Positions 25,640 through 33,744 of a DNA stretch of 64,000 bases are shown piece after piece. This stretch comes from an uncultured Clostridia bacterium (GTDB taxonomy: Bacteria; Bacillota; Clostridia; Oscillospirales; Acutalibacteraceae). The stretch's first letter is position 1. Each line of letters starts with the position of its first letter. The notes beneath the pieces were generated by a model, which was given only the letters and a program-made list of their open reading frames with translations, was not told the DNA's origin and did not search any database. The DNA lies in NCBI GenBank assembly GCA_946182865.1, contig CAMHAV010000002.1, forward strand, positions 744 to 64,743, given 5' to 3'. A program made the position numbers and the translations under genes.

Positions 25640-27703
25640 TTATTCCTTATCCTTGGTCAGTTCCTGCAACACCGCAAAAGGCGCTTCCTCGTAGCGCGCA
25701 AAGTCAAAGGTGAAATAGCCTCTGCCGCGCGTGGTCTGGCGCATATAGGTGGCGAAGTCCGCCATCTCGCCTTCGGGAACCTCCGCGATCAGTTCCTGCA
25801 AGCCGTCCGCCGCCGAGTTCATGCCCAGCACGCGTCCGCGGCGCTTGTTGAGTTCGCCCATCACGTCACCCATGTTGTCGTTGGGGACATAGGCGTGCAG
25901 TTCTCCGACAGGCTCCAGCAGCACGGGGCTGGCCTTGGGAATGCCGTTCTTAAAGGCAAGGGAAGCCGCCGTCTTGAAGGACATTTCGGACGAGTCCACC
26001 GGGTGATAGGAGCCGTCATACAGGGTTGCCTTGACGCCGACCATCGGATAGCCCGCGAGGGAACCGGTCTTCATGCAGTCCTGCAAGCCCTTTTCGACCG
26101 CCGGGAAGAAGTTCTTCGGCACAGCGCCGCCCACGACTTCCTCGGCAAATTCCAGACCGTCGCTGTCGCACGGCTCAAAGCGGATCCACACGTCACCGAA
26201 CTGACCGTGACCGCCCGACTGCTTCTTGTAGCGGCCCTGGATCTCCACCTTGCCGCGGATAGTCTCGCGATAGGCAATGCGGGGCTTTTCGACCTTCGCG
26301 TCGGTGCCGAATTTATTCTTGAGTTTGGAGATAATCACATCAATGTGCTGCTCGCCCTGACCGCTGACGATCATCTGGTTGGTCTCGGTGTTGTTGCCGA
26401 AATGCATGGAGGGGTCTTCCTCCGACAGACGAATCAGGCCCTGCGCGATCTTTTCCTCGTCGCCCTTGTTGACGGGAAGCACCGCCATCGAAAGCGAGGG
26501 AGCGGGATAACTTACGCCGTCGAGCGTAACAGGACGTGCGGGGGCGCAGAGCGTGTCGCCCGTCACCGCGCCGGAAAGCTTCGCCACCGCGCCGATATCG
26601 CCCGCGCCGATGCAGTCCGCGTCGATCTGCTTCTTGCCGAAGGGGATATACAGTTTGCCGATCTTGTCGGTGCTGCCGGTGCGCATATTCATGAGCATGC
26701 TGTCGGGGGTGATTTTGCCCGTGACAACCTTGAAGTAGGACAGCTTGCCGACAAACGGGTCGGCCACCGTCTTGAAGATGACCGCCGCCGGAAGCGCGCT
26801 GTCGCTGACCGCCAGCTCCACAGGGGTGCCGTTCGCGTCCGCGCCGACTTCGGGTGTGGAATCCGCCGCCGAGGGAACCAGCCAGCTCATGCCGTTCATA
26901 AGCTGATCGACGCCTTCACCTGTGGATGTCGCGCCGCAGTACACCGGGGTAATGCTGCCCGAACGAACGCCCTGTGTCAGACCCAGAATGTATTCTTCGG
27001 GGGTGAAGTCCTCGCCGGAGAAGTACTTCTCCATGAGTTCGTCGTCCGTTTCGGCAATGGCTTCGCTGATTGCGGTGCGCAGACCCTCCAGACGGTGTCC
27101 CATATCGGGCATGGGCACTTCCTCCGCCTTGGTGCCGTTGTAGCGATAGGCCTTGTATTCGAGCAGGTTGATATAGCAATCCACCTGATGACCGTTCATG
27201 TGAGGCACCACAATCGGACTGACCGTGGGGCCAAAGGCAGTTTTGAGCTGCTCAAACACCTTATAGAAATCCGCGCTCTCGGAGTTGAGCTTGTTGACAA
27301 AGATAATCTTCGCCATGCCCTCCTTGTTGGCTTTGGCGTAGGCCTTTTCGGAACCGACCGCCACGCCCGATTTGCCCGAAATAGTAATCAGCGCGCAATC
27401 CGCCGCACGGAAGCCCTCGGCTACCGCGCCTTCAAAGTCGAAGAGTCCCGGAACGTCGATCATGTTGAACTTGACGTTCTTCCATTCCACGGGAGCGACC
27501 GCGGCGGAAACCGAGCATTTGCGCTTGATTTCTTCGGGATCAAAATCGCACACCGCCGTGCCGTCGGAGGTCTTGCCCATTCTGTCGGTCGCGCCGGAGA
27601 TGAAAAGCATCGCCTCGACCAGCGAGGTCTTGCCGGCGTTGCCGTGACCTGTGACGACAATATTCTTGATCTTATCGGCGGGGTATTTGGAAAGCTGCTT
27701 CAA
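25640..27703 (-). CDS. elongation factor G-family GTPase (stand-alone paralogue)
   Basis: G1 GHGNAGKTS, G3 IDVPGLFDF, five-domain length (687 aa). It is not in an rpsL-rpsG-fusA-tuf context. Confidence 0.85.
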   Translation of the reverse strand: MKQLSKYPADKIKNIVVTGHGNAGKTSLVEAMLFISGATDRMGKTSDGTAVCDFDPEEIKRKCSVSAAVAPVEWKNVKFNMIDVPGLFDFEGAVAEGFRAADCALITISGKSGVAVGSEKAYAKANKEGMAKIIFVNKLNSESADFYKVFEQLKTAFGPTVSPIVVPHMNGHQVDCYINLLEYKAYRYNGTKAEEVPMPDMGHRLEGLRTAISEAIAETDDELMEKYFSGEDFTPEEYILGLTQGVRSGSITPVYCGATSTGEGVDQLMNGMSWLVPSAADSTPEVGADANGTPVELAVSDSALPAAVIFKTVADPFVGKLSYFKVVTGKITPDSMLMNMRTGSTDKIGKLYIPFGKKQIDADCIGAGDIGAVAKLSGAVTGDTLCAPARPVTLDGVSYPAPSLSMAVLPVNKGDEEKIAQGLIRLSEEDPSMHFGNNTETNQMIVSGQGEQHIDVIISKLKNKFGTDAKVEKPRIAYRETIRGKVEIQGRYKKQSGGHGQFGDVWIRFEPCDSDGLEFAEEVVGGAVPKNFFPAVEKGLQDCMKTGSLAGYPMVGVKATLYDGSYHPVDSSEMSFKTAASLAFKNGIPKASPVLLEPVGELHAYVPNDNMGDVMGELNKRRGRVLGMNSAADGLQELIAEVPEGEMADFATYMRQTTRGRGYFTFDFARYEEAPFAVLQELTKDKE

Positions 27704-27891
27704 TTTAAACTACCTCTTTTCAATTCGCGTTTGCTGTAAAAAATTTAAACGGTTGACTGTTACCTATATTTTATGAGGATTTTAACAATATATAACACCG
27801 TTTGCTGAACATTATAGCACACCTATTTGTAAATTTCAATAATTTTCTTCCATGTATTTATATTTTTTTATATTTTTTAACATTTTCGGGT

Positions 27892-28428
27892 TTATAACTG
27901 GCAGTCAAAGGAGAGGCATTCCTCGTCGGGGCAGCCGGTGTGAAAATCCACATGGACCGACCGTGTCCCCACCGGCACCTCAAAGGCGAGCCATCCGTCA
28001 AAATCCTGCCCGGCGTAAAGCATGCCGTCGAACACGGTGAAATCCTTGATATTTTCCCTGCCAAAGCGCAGCGCGTCTTTCTGTCCCGTTTTGCAGTCGA
28101 TACCGCCCGGCACGGCGTAGGCCTCCACGCAGGCATAGCTGCTGAACACAATCGTATTGCCGCGGTTGCGCAGCGTCAGCGGAATGAACACGTACTCCCG
28201 GTCGACGCTGCCGGACGGCTTGTGAATCGCCTGCCCCTGCACCATCGCGTAATGCAACCCGCTGTAAACCGTCCGCTGCCCCTCGTCGGAACGCGTTTTG
28301 CCGTTTTTGGCGCTTCCGCCGCCCAAACTGCCGCAGCCCGCCATATACAGCAGCATCACACCCGCCATCACCATCACCAGTCCGCGCAGCACCTTCGCCG
28401 CTCTGCCCCATCTTCCCGTCTGTTCCAT
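27892..28428 (-). CDS. lipoprotein, possibly DUF4352-like beta-sandwich
   Basis: Start trimmed to MEQTGRW. A TM/lipobox is present (MLLYMAGCGS). GWLAFEVP is reminiscent of DUF4352. Confidence 0.5.
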   Translation of the reverse strand: MEQTGRWGRAAKVLRGLVMVMAGVMLLYMAGCGSLGGGSAKNGKTRSDEGQRTVYSGLHYAMVQGQAIHKPSGSVDREYVFIPLTLRNRGNTIVFSSYACVEAYAVPGGIDCKTGQKDALRFGRENIKDFTVFDGMLYAGQDFDGWLAFEVPVGTRSVHVDFHTGCPDEECLSFDCQL

Positions 28429-28655
28429 TCTTCGCTCACCCTTGTCAAATGATTTTAGTAGAAAGAAATGGATATCACTTTGCAAGAGAACTTCCTCACA
28501 AATTCATGAAAGTCTCCAAAAATGAAATCCTTTCTCTACCATATATATTAGGAAATGTCAGTTTTATGATGACATCCGCGATGGACGGAAAATTCTATTG
28601 TAGAAAATTTATGAAATTTTGGCGTGTCCGGGCTGCATTATTTCTTCTTATAATA

Positions 28656-28684
28656 TTGACAACAAGTTGAAAATATGGTAAAAT
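28656..28684 (+). promoter_or_regulatory. sigma-A type promoter (TTGACA, 17 nt, TGgTAAAAT)
   Basis: Read directly; it lies about 100 nt upstream of pntAA. Confidence 0.6.
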
Positions 28685-28781
28685 TGCAAGACAGTATCGG
28701 TAAATCGGTGAAATGTCGGTTTTCCGTTCACAATTTGTCTGTTGCATGAAAATGGCTGTTCAGATGAAAGGAGCTTCCCAC

Positions 28782-29909
28782 ATGAAAAAAGTATTGGTTT
28801 GTCGTGAAAAGGACCCCCGCGAAACACGCGTGGCTCTGATTCCGGACGACATCAAAAAGCTCAGCGCAATGGGCTTTACCTTTAAGGTCGTCAGCGGAGC
28901 GGGCGTGAAAAGCGGCTTTACCGACGCGGCATACGAAAAGGCCGGCGCACAGATCATTCCCGACGAAAAAGCGGGCTACGCTGACAGCGAGATCGTGCTG
29001 CGCATCATGAAGCCGGACAGCGCGGAGGGTCTGAAGCCCGACACGCTGCACCTGAGCTACCTCGATCCCTTCAACGAGAAAACACTTCTCCACGAGTTTG
29101 CGGATAAGGGCATTCAGGCGGTTTCGCTCGAAATGATTCCCAGAACCACCCTGGCGCAGAAGATGGACGTGCAGTCCTCCCAGACCTCTCTGGCGGGCTA
29201 TGTCGCGGTTGTCAACGCGGCGGCGCGTCTGCCCAAGATTCTGCCCATGATGGTCACTCCCTCGGGTACCATCAACCCCGCCAGAGTCTTCGTCATCGGC
29301 GTCGGCGTGGCAGGCTTGCAGGCGATTGCTACCGCCAAGCGTCTCGGCGCGAGAGTGGACGCGTTTGACACCCGTCCCGTCGTGGAGGAGCAGGTCAAGT
29401 CCCTCGGCGCGAGCTTCGTCAAGATCGATCTGGGCGAAATGGGTCAGACCGAACAGGGCTACGCCAAGGAACTCACCCCCGAACAGATTGCAAAACAGCG
29501 CGAAGGACAGGCCAAGGTCTGCGAGCGCTCCAACATCGTCATTACCACCGCCAAGGTCTTCGGCCGCAAAGCGCCCCGTCTCATCGGCAAGGACGTCCTT
29601 GACCGCATGATGCCCGGTTCCGTCGTGGTGGATATGGCATGTTCCACCGGCGGCAACGTCGAAGGCTCCAAGCTCTTTGAGGAAGTCATCACCGACAACG
29701 GCGTTATCATCATGTCGGGCGATCTGCTCGAGCGTCAGGTTCCCTACGATGCTTCCAAGATGCTCTCCGGCAACTTCACCGCTTTCCTCACCCACTTCTA
29801 CAACAAGGAAGCCGGCGAATTCCAGGTCAATCTGGGCGACGAGATCATGAAAGGCTGCCTGCTCACACAAGGCGGCAAGATCATTCACGAACGTTTTAAG
29901 GAGGACTAA
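28782..29909 (+). CDS. pntA: NAD(P) transhydrogenase subunit alpha, part 1
   Basis: Start trimmed to MKKVLVCREK with GAAAGGAG upstream. Rossmann motif VIGVGVAGLQAIATAKRLGA. Confidence 0.9.
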   Translation: MKKVLVCREKDPRETRVALIPDDIKKLSAMGFTFKVVSGAGVKSGFTDAAYEKAGAQIIPDEKAGYADSEIVLRIMKPDSAEGLKPDTLHLSYLDPFNEKTLLHEFADKGIQAVSLEMIPRTTLAQKMDVQSSQTSLAGYVAVVNAAARLPKILPMMVTPSGTINPARVFVIGVGVAGLQAIATAKRLGARVDAFDTRPVVEEQVKSLGASFVKIDLGEMGQTEQGYAKELTPEQIAKQREGQAKVCERSNIVITTAKVFGRKAPRLIGKDVLDRMMPGSVVVDMACSTGGNVEGSKLFEEVITDNGVIIMSGDLLERQVPYDASKMLSGNFTAFLTHFYNKEAGEFQVNLGDEIMKGCLLTQGGKIIHERFKED

Positions 29910-29912
29910 ACT

Positions 29913-30224
29913 ATGGCCATCGGCGAAATCATGCTTTTGATTTTTGTTTTCGTTATTGCGGGCTTTCTGGGCGTGGAACTCATCTCCAAGGTTCCCTCTC
30001 AGCTGCACACCCCGCTGATGTCCGGCACCAACGCCATTTCGGGCATTACCATCGTCGGCGCGATCTCCGCGACCGCCATTGCCGTACACGTCGGCCATGG
30101 CTGGATTGCCACCATTATGGGATTTCTTGCCATCGTGTTCGCGACCATTAACGTCGTGGGCGGCTATCTCGTCACCGACCGCATGCTCGGTATGTTCAAG
30201 AAGAAGGAGGACAAGAAACAATAA
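29913..30224 (+). CDS. NAD(P) transhydrogenase subunit alpha, part 2 (membrane)
   Basis: A 103-aa protein with three TM helices, between the alpha-1 and beta subunit genes. Confidence 0.85.
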   Translation: MAIGEIMLLIFVFVIAGFLGVELISKVPSQLHTPLMSGTNAISGITIVGAISATAIAVHVGHGWIATIMGFLAIVFATINVVGGYLVTDRMLGMFKKKEDKKQ

Positions 30225-31669
30225 TGAACGTCACTGAAATTACCAATGTTTTGATTATTGCACTTTATATGGTCTCCGCTGTCCTGTTCATCCGCGGCAT
30301 CAAGCTGCTGGGCAAGGCGGACACCGCCCGCAAGGGCAACCTTCTTTCCTCGGTCGGTATGCTGATCGCGGTCGTTACCGTTCTGGCGGAAAAAGAAGTC
30401 AGAGATTCTTTCACGCTCGTCAATTTCCGATACAACGGCTATCTCTACATCGTGGCGGCCGTGCTGATCGGTTCCGTCATCGGCGCGATCTGGTCCAAGA
30501 AGGTCGAAATGACCGGTATGCCCCAGCTCGTCGCGCTGTTCAACGGCTTCGGCGGTCTGTCTTCGCTTCTCGTAGCGCTGACCCAGTATCTCAACGACAC
30601 CCATGATTCCAGCACCTCTGTCGATCCCTTTACGGGTGTAACCCTCGGTCTGACCATCGCCATCGGCGCGATTGCCTTCACCGGCTCTGTCGTGGCATGG
30701 GGCAAGCTCTCCGGCAAAATGTTCAAGAAGTCCGTTGCTATCCCCGCCAAGAATGTTGTCAACGCGATTCTCGCGATTGCCGGTCTGGTGGGCGTGGGTC
30801 TCTACGCCTTCAGCGGCGCCAACACCCAGCTTGCGCTCATCGGCATTGCCATCGTCACCGTGGCTTATCTCATTCTCGGTCTGACCATGGTCGTCTGCAT
30901 CGGCGGCGGCGATATGCCGGTTATCATCTCCCTTTTGAACGCTTTCTCCGGTCTGGCGGCGGCATTCGCAGGTCTGGCGATCAGCAACTCCGTGCTGGTT
31001 GTCTCCGGCTGCTTGGTCGGCACCTCCGGTCTGATTCTGACACTCATCATGTGCAAGGCCATGAACCGCACGCTCTACAGCCTTCTCTTCGGTTCCTTCG
31101 GCGCGAAGACCGCCAAGAAGGGCGCGGGCAGCGACAAGGAGCCCAAGTCCATGTCCGTGGAAGACGCTTACCTCATTCTCGAAGCCGCCAGCTCGGTGGT
31201 ATTCGTTCCCGGCTACGGCATGGCTGTCGCACAGGCACAGCACGCCGTCAAGGAACTCGCCGACAAGCTCGAAGCCAACGGCGCGGAAGTCAATTTTGCC
31301 ATTCACCCCGTGGCAGGCAGAATGCCCGGTCATATGAACGTGCTTCTCGCGGAGGCGAATGTTCCCTATGAGCAGCTCAAGACCGCCGACGAGATGAACC
31401 CCCAGATGGGCAATACCGACGTGGCCATCGTCATCGGCGCGAACGATGTTGTCAACCCCTCCGCTGTGGACGATGAAACCTCCCCGCTCTACGGTATGCC
31501 GATCATCAACGCTTACGAGGCGCGCACGGTCTTCGTTCTCAAGCGCGGCAAGGGTACCGGCTTCTCCGGCATCGAGAACCCGCTCTTTACCAACGACAAC
31601 ACCGTCATGCTCTACGGCGACGCGAAGCAGACCGTTTCCTCCCTCGTCAGCGAATTCGACGAAGGCTGA
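30224..31669 (+). CDS. pntB: NAD(P) transhydrogenase subunit beta
   Basis: Polytopic N-terminal half plus a C-terminal NADP(H)-binding domain (VFVPGYGMAVAQAQH...). Its start overlaps the previous stop (TAATG). Confidence 0.9.
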   Translation: MNVTEITNVLIIALYMVSAVLFIRGIKLLGKADTARKGNLLSSVGMLIAVVTVLAEKEVRDSFTLVNFRYNGYLYIVAAVLIGSVIGAIWSKKVEMTGMPQLVALFNGFGGLSSLLVALTQYLNDTHDSSTSVDPFTGVTLGLTIAIGAIAFTGSVVAWGKLSGKMFKKSVAIPAKNVVNAILAIAGLVGVGLYAFSGANTQLALIGIAIVTVAYLILGLTMVVCIGGGDMPVIISLLNAFSGLAAAFAGLAISNSVLVVSGCLVGTSGLILTLIMCKAMNRTLYSLLFGSFGAKTAKKGAGSDKEPKSMSVEDAYLILEAASSVVFVPGYGMAVAQAQHAVKELADKLEANGAEVNFAIHPVAGRMPGHMNVLLAEANVPYEQLKTADEMNPQMGNTDVAIVIGANDVVNPSAVDDETSPLYGMPIINAYEARTVFVLKRGKGTGFSGIENPLFTNDNTVMLYGDAKQTVSSLVSEFDEG

Positions 31670-31719
31670 TATTATTCGGAATGCGGAATGAATTCCGCGC
31701 TGCGTTTGAAAAATGATAC

Positions 31720-31769
31720 AATCCCCCGGACGTTTTTCCTCAATGGAAAATGCGCTCGGGGGATTTTTT
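31720..31769 (+). terminator. intrinsic terminator after pntB
   Basis: AATCCCCCG (31720-31728) pairs with CGGGGGATT (31757-31765); the T-run starting in the 3' arm continues to 31769. Confidence 0.55.
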
Positions 31770-31810
31770 ATGATCAAAAAATATTTTTCTGCCTGCATTG
31801 ATTCCCAAAA

Positions 31811-31856
31811 ACTGCCCTGATGGGAGTTCCTTGGAGGAATATCCCATCAGGGCAGT
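31811..31856. terminator. perfect 15-bp hairpin, bidirectional
   Basis: ACTGCCCTGATGGGA (31811-31825) pairs with TCCCATCAGGGCAGT (31842-31856). An A-run precedes it and a T-rich tract follows. Confidence 0.7.
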
Positions 31857-31890
31857 GCTGTTTATTTTCGGTCATCCGGCATCATCCGAA

Positions 31891-33678
31891 TCAAGTGCCT
31901 TGTCGGTTGGCTGTGACAATCACCTGTTCGTTTGTCTGCTCGGGATAATGTTCCTGTACCCATTGCGCAATCAAGGGATTGCTTTTGTCAAGAATGAAAA
32001 GATAGTCAGCGTTCCATTGCTCCCGGTCGGTTTTTTCATTGACGTTAATCACATCAACCGCTTCGCTCAGAAACAGGTATTTTCCTATATAACGTACCAG
32101 CTTCACATCCTCATGGGACACGAAAATGATATAAGACGCTCCCGGCTCCACGCCGTATTGCTCCGCCGCCGCTTGAAGCTGCGAGCGTACCGGAGACTGA
32201 CGCAGGCGGCTTCCCGGCAGCCGGACGTTGCCTTCACAGGCGTACATCTGCCCCCATGACCCCAAAATGAGAAGTGACGTTATGATGACGGTCGCCGCTT
32301 TGTCCTCCTTGACACAGGACAACAGCTTCATTGCCTGCGCCGCGGTCAGATACCAGACAGCAATGAGAATCGTGCGCGTGTAGCGCGGAAATCCCGACAC
32401 TTCAAATGCCTCATTCATCGGCATGGAAAACCAATACATTCCCAGCGTACACAGCTGATAACTCACATACAAGGCCGTGGAAATGGCCAGCAGCCGGACG
32501 AACCGCCTTGATCGGTTCCACCAAAAACGCGGTTCTGTCTTTTTCATCTTACCGTGCGGCGCTGTCTTTTCCCCTGTCCAGATCATCGTAAGGAGGCCCA
32601 CCAGCAGCACGGCGGCAAGGGTGAGAAGCATCTCCTTCATTGTCAGAGATTTTCGCAGCAGCACATGAAAAATCATTCGCAATTGCTGACCGCTTTTTTC
32701 CGCAAACACCGCCCGATAATTCGCAACGGTCATGGCGTGCTTGGAGATGCCCCCGTCATCGAACACCAGACGGCAATGCTTATGCCACAGGAGAAGCGTC
32801 AAAAAGGGACACAGCGCACAGGCGGTTCGCCCTCCCAACGCTTTTTTGTCCTTTCTTCCCTCCCACAGCATCCAGACAACGACCAGCGCGGCAAAGTAAA
32901 GCCCCGAATTTTTCATGAGAAGCATCTGCGCCATGTAGCAGGCAGCCCAGCACCATTCCCGTATGCCGCTGTCACTGCCGCAGTAAAGGTATGCATACAG
33001 CAGCCCGCACATTCCCGCCAGCGGAAGCAGCGTATCCACCAGCAGGAGGGTGACGTCTCCATTAAAAATCAAAATGAAGTGGATTCCCGCCAGCAGCGCC
33101 GCCGCAGCCGCCAACCGCTGCTTTCCCGCGGGAAGAAACAGGGGAAGAACGGCTGTCAGCATCATATACGTCTGCCCCAGCATCCAGATCCATTCATCCG
33201 CCCCCACCAGTTGGGAGAAGAAATACAGATACGTGGCGCTGCCGGGTACATATTCACGGTATTCGATATACGCGTCCTGAAAATTCGGGTAGCGGTTTTC
33301 ACGAAGCATCTGACGCACAATGAGTCCCCAGTGGGAAAAATCATCGAGGCCTGTCAGCACTTTCCCCCGCAAAAGGAACACCGACAAAAGCAGCGTGGCG
33401 GCAAGAAAGAGAAGGCCCACATGGGCATACTCTTTCAGAAAAGCGGGATTTCTGTCTCTGCGCAGGCAGTCCAGCAGAAACAGAAATCCCGCGATGTACA
33501 GCAGCAGCGTACATTCGGGCAGCAGATTGAGCAATCCGCCCCCGAACAAAATCACCGTCTGCACCGCGACCGTCAGGCTTGGCAGAAATGCCACGGGAAC
33601 GCCGGCATAACGCCGCAGCAATTCCCAGCACCCGACGGAGGAAAGACAGAACAACAAAAATCTAATAAAAAACATCAT
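31891..33678 (-). CDS. polytopic membrane protein (>=12 TM), possibly GT-C-like; function unknown
   Basis: Highly hydrophobic over about 470 aa, with a DDFSHWG loop motif and a soluble C-terminal domain of about 120 aa. Confidence 0.55.
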   Translation of the reverse strand: MMFFIRFLLFCLSSVGCWELLRRYAGVPVAFLPSLTVAVQTVILFGGGLLNLLPECTLLLYIAGFLFLLDCLRRDRNPAFLKEYAHVGLLFLAATLLLSVFLLRGKVLTGLDDFSHWGLIVRQMLRENRYPNFQDAYIEYREYVPGSATYLYFFSQLVGADEWIWMLGQTYMMLTAVLPLFLPAGKQRLAAAAALLAGIHFILIFNGDVTLLLVDTLLPLAGMCGLLYAYLYCGSDSGIREWCWAACYMAQMLLMKNSGLYFAALVVVWMLWEGRKDKKALGGRTACALCPFLTLLLWHKHCRLVFDDGGISKHAMTVANYRAVFAEKSGQQLRMIFHVLLRKSLTMKEMLLTLAAVLLVGLLTMIWTGEKTAPHGKMKKTEPRFWWNRSRRFVRLLAISTALYVSYQLCTLGMYWFSMPMNEAFEVSGFPRYTRTILIAVWYLTAAQAMKLLSCVKEDKAATVIITSLLILGSWGQMYACEGNVRLPGSRLRQSPVRSQLQAAAEQYGVEPGASYIIFVSHEDVKLVRYIGKYLFLSEAVDVINVNEKTDREQWNADYLFILDKSNPLIAQWVQEHYPEQTNEQVIVTANRQGT

Positions 33679-33744
33679 GGTTTATCAAGAACCTGTCTAT
33701 AAGGAAAACCAGAGGCCAACCTGATCGGTCATGGGCCTGTTTCC

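Noticed and set aside
25895-27739. 614-aa plus-strand ORF antisense to the EF-G-like gene
   Set aside because: Same mirror-frame artefact. The minus strand has clear GTPase motifs.
28728-31798. Two very long minus-strand ORFs (497 and 544 aa) antisense to pntAA/pntAB/pntB
   Set aside because: The plus strand carries unmistakable transhydrogenase subunits. The antisense products are Arg/Gly/Ala/His-rich low-complexity sequence, typical of mirror frames in GC-rich coding DNA. They have no RBS.
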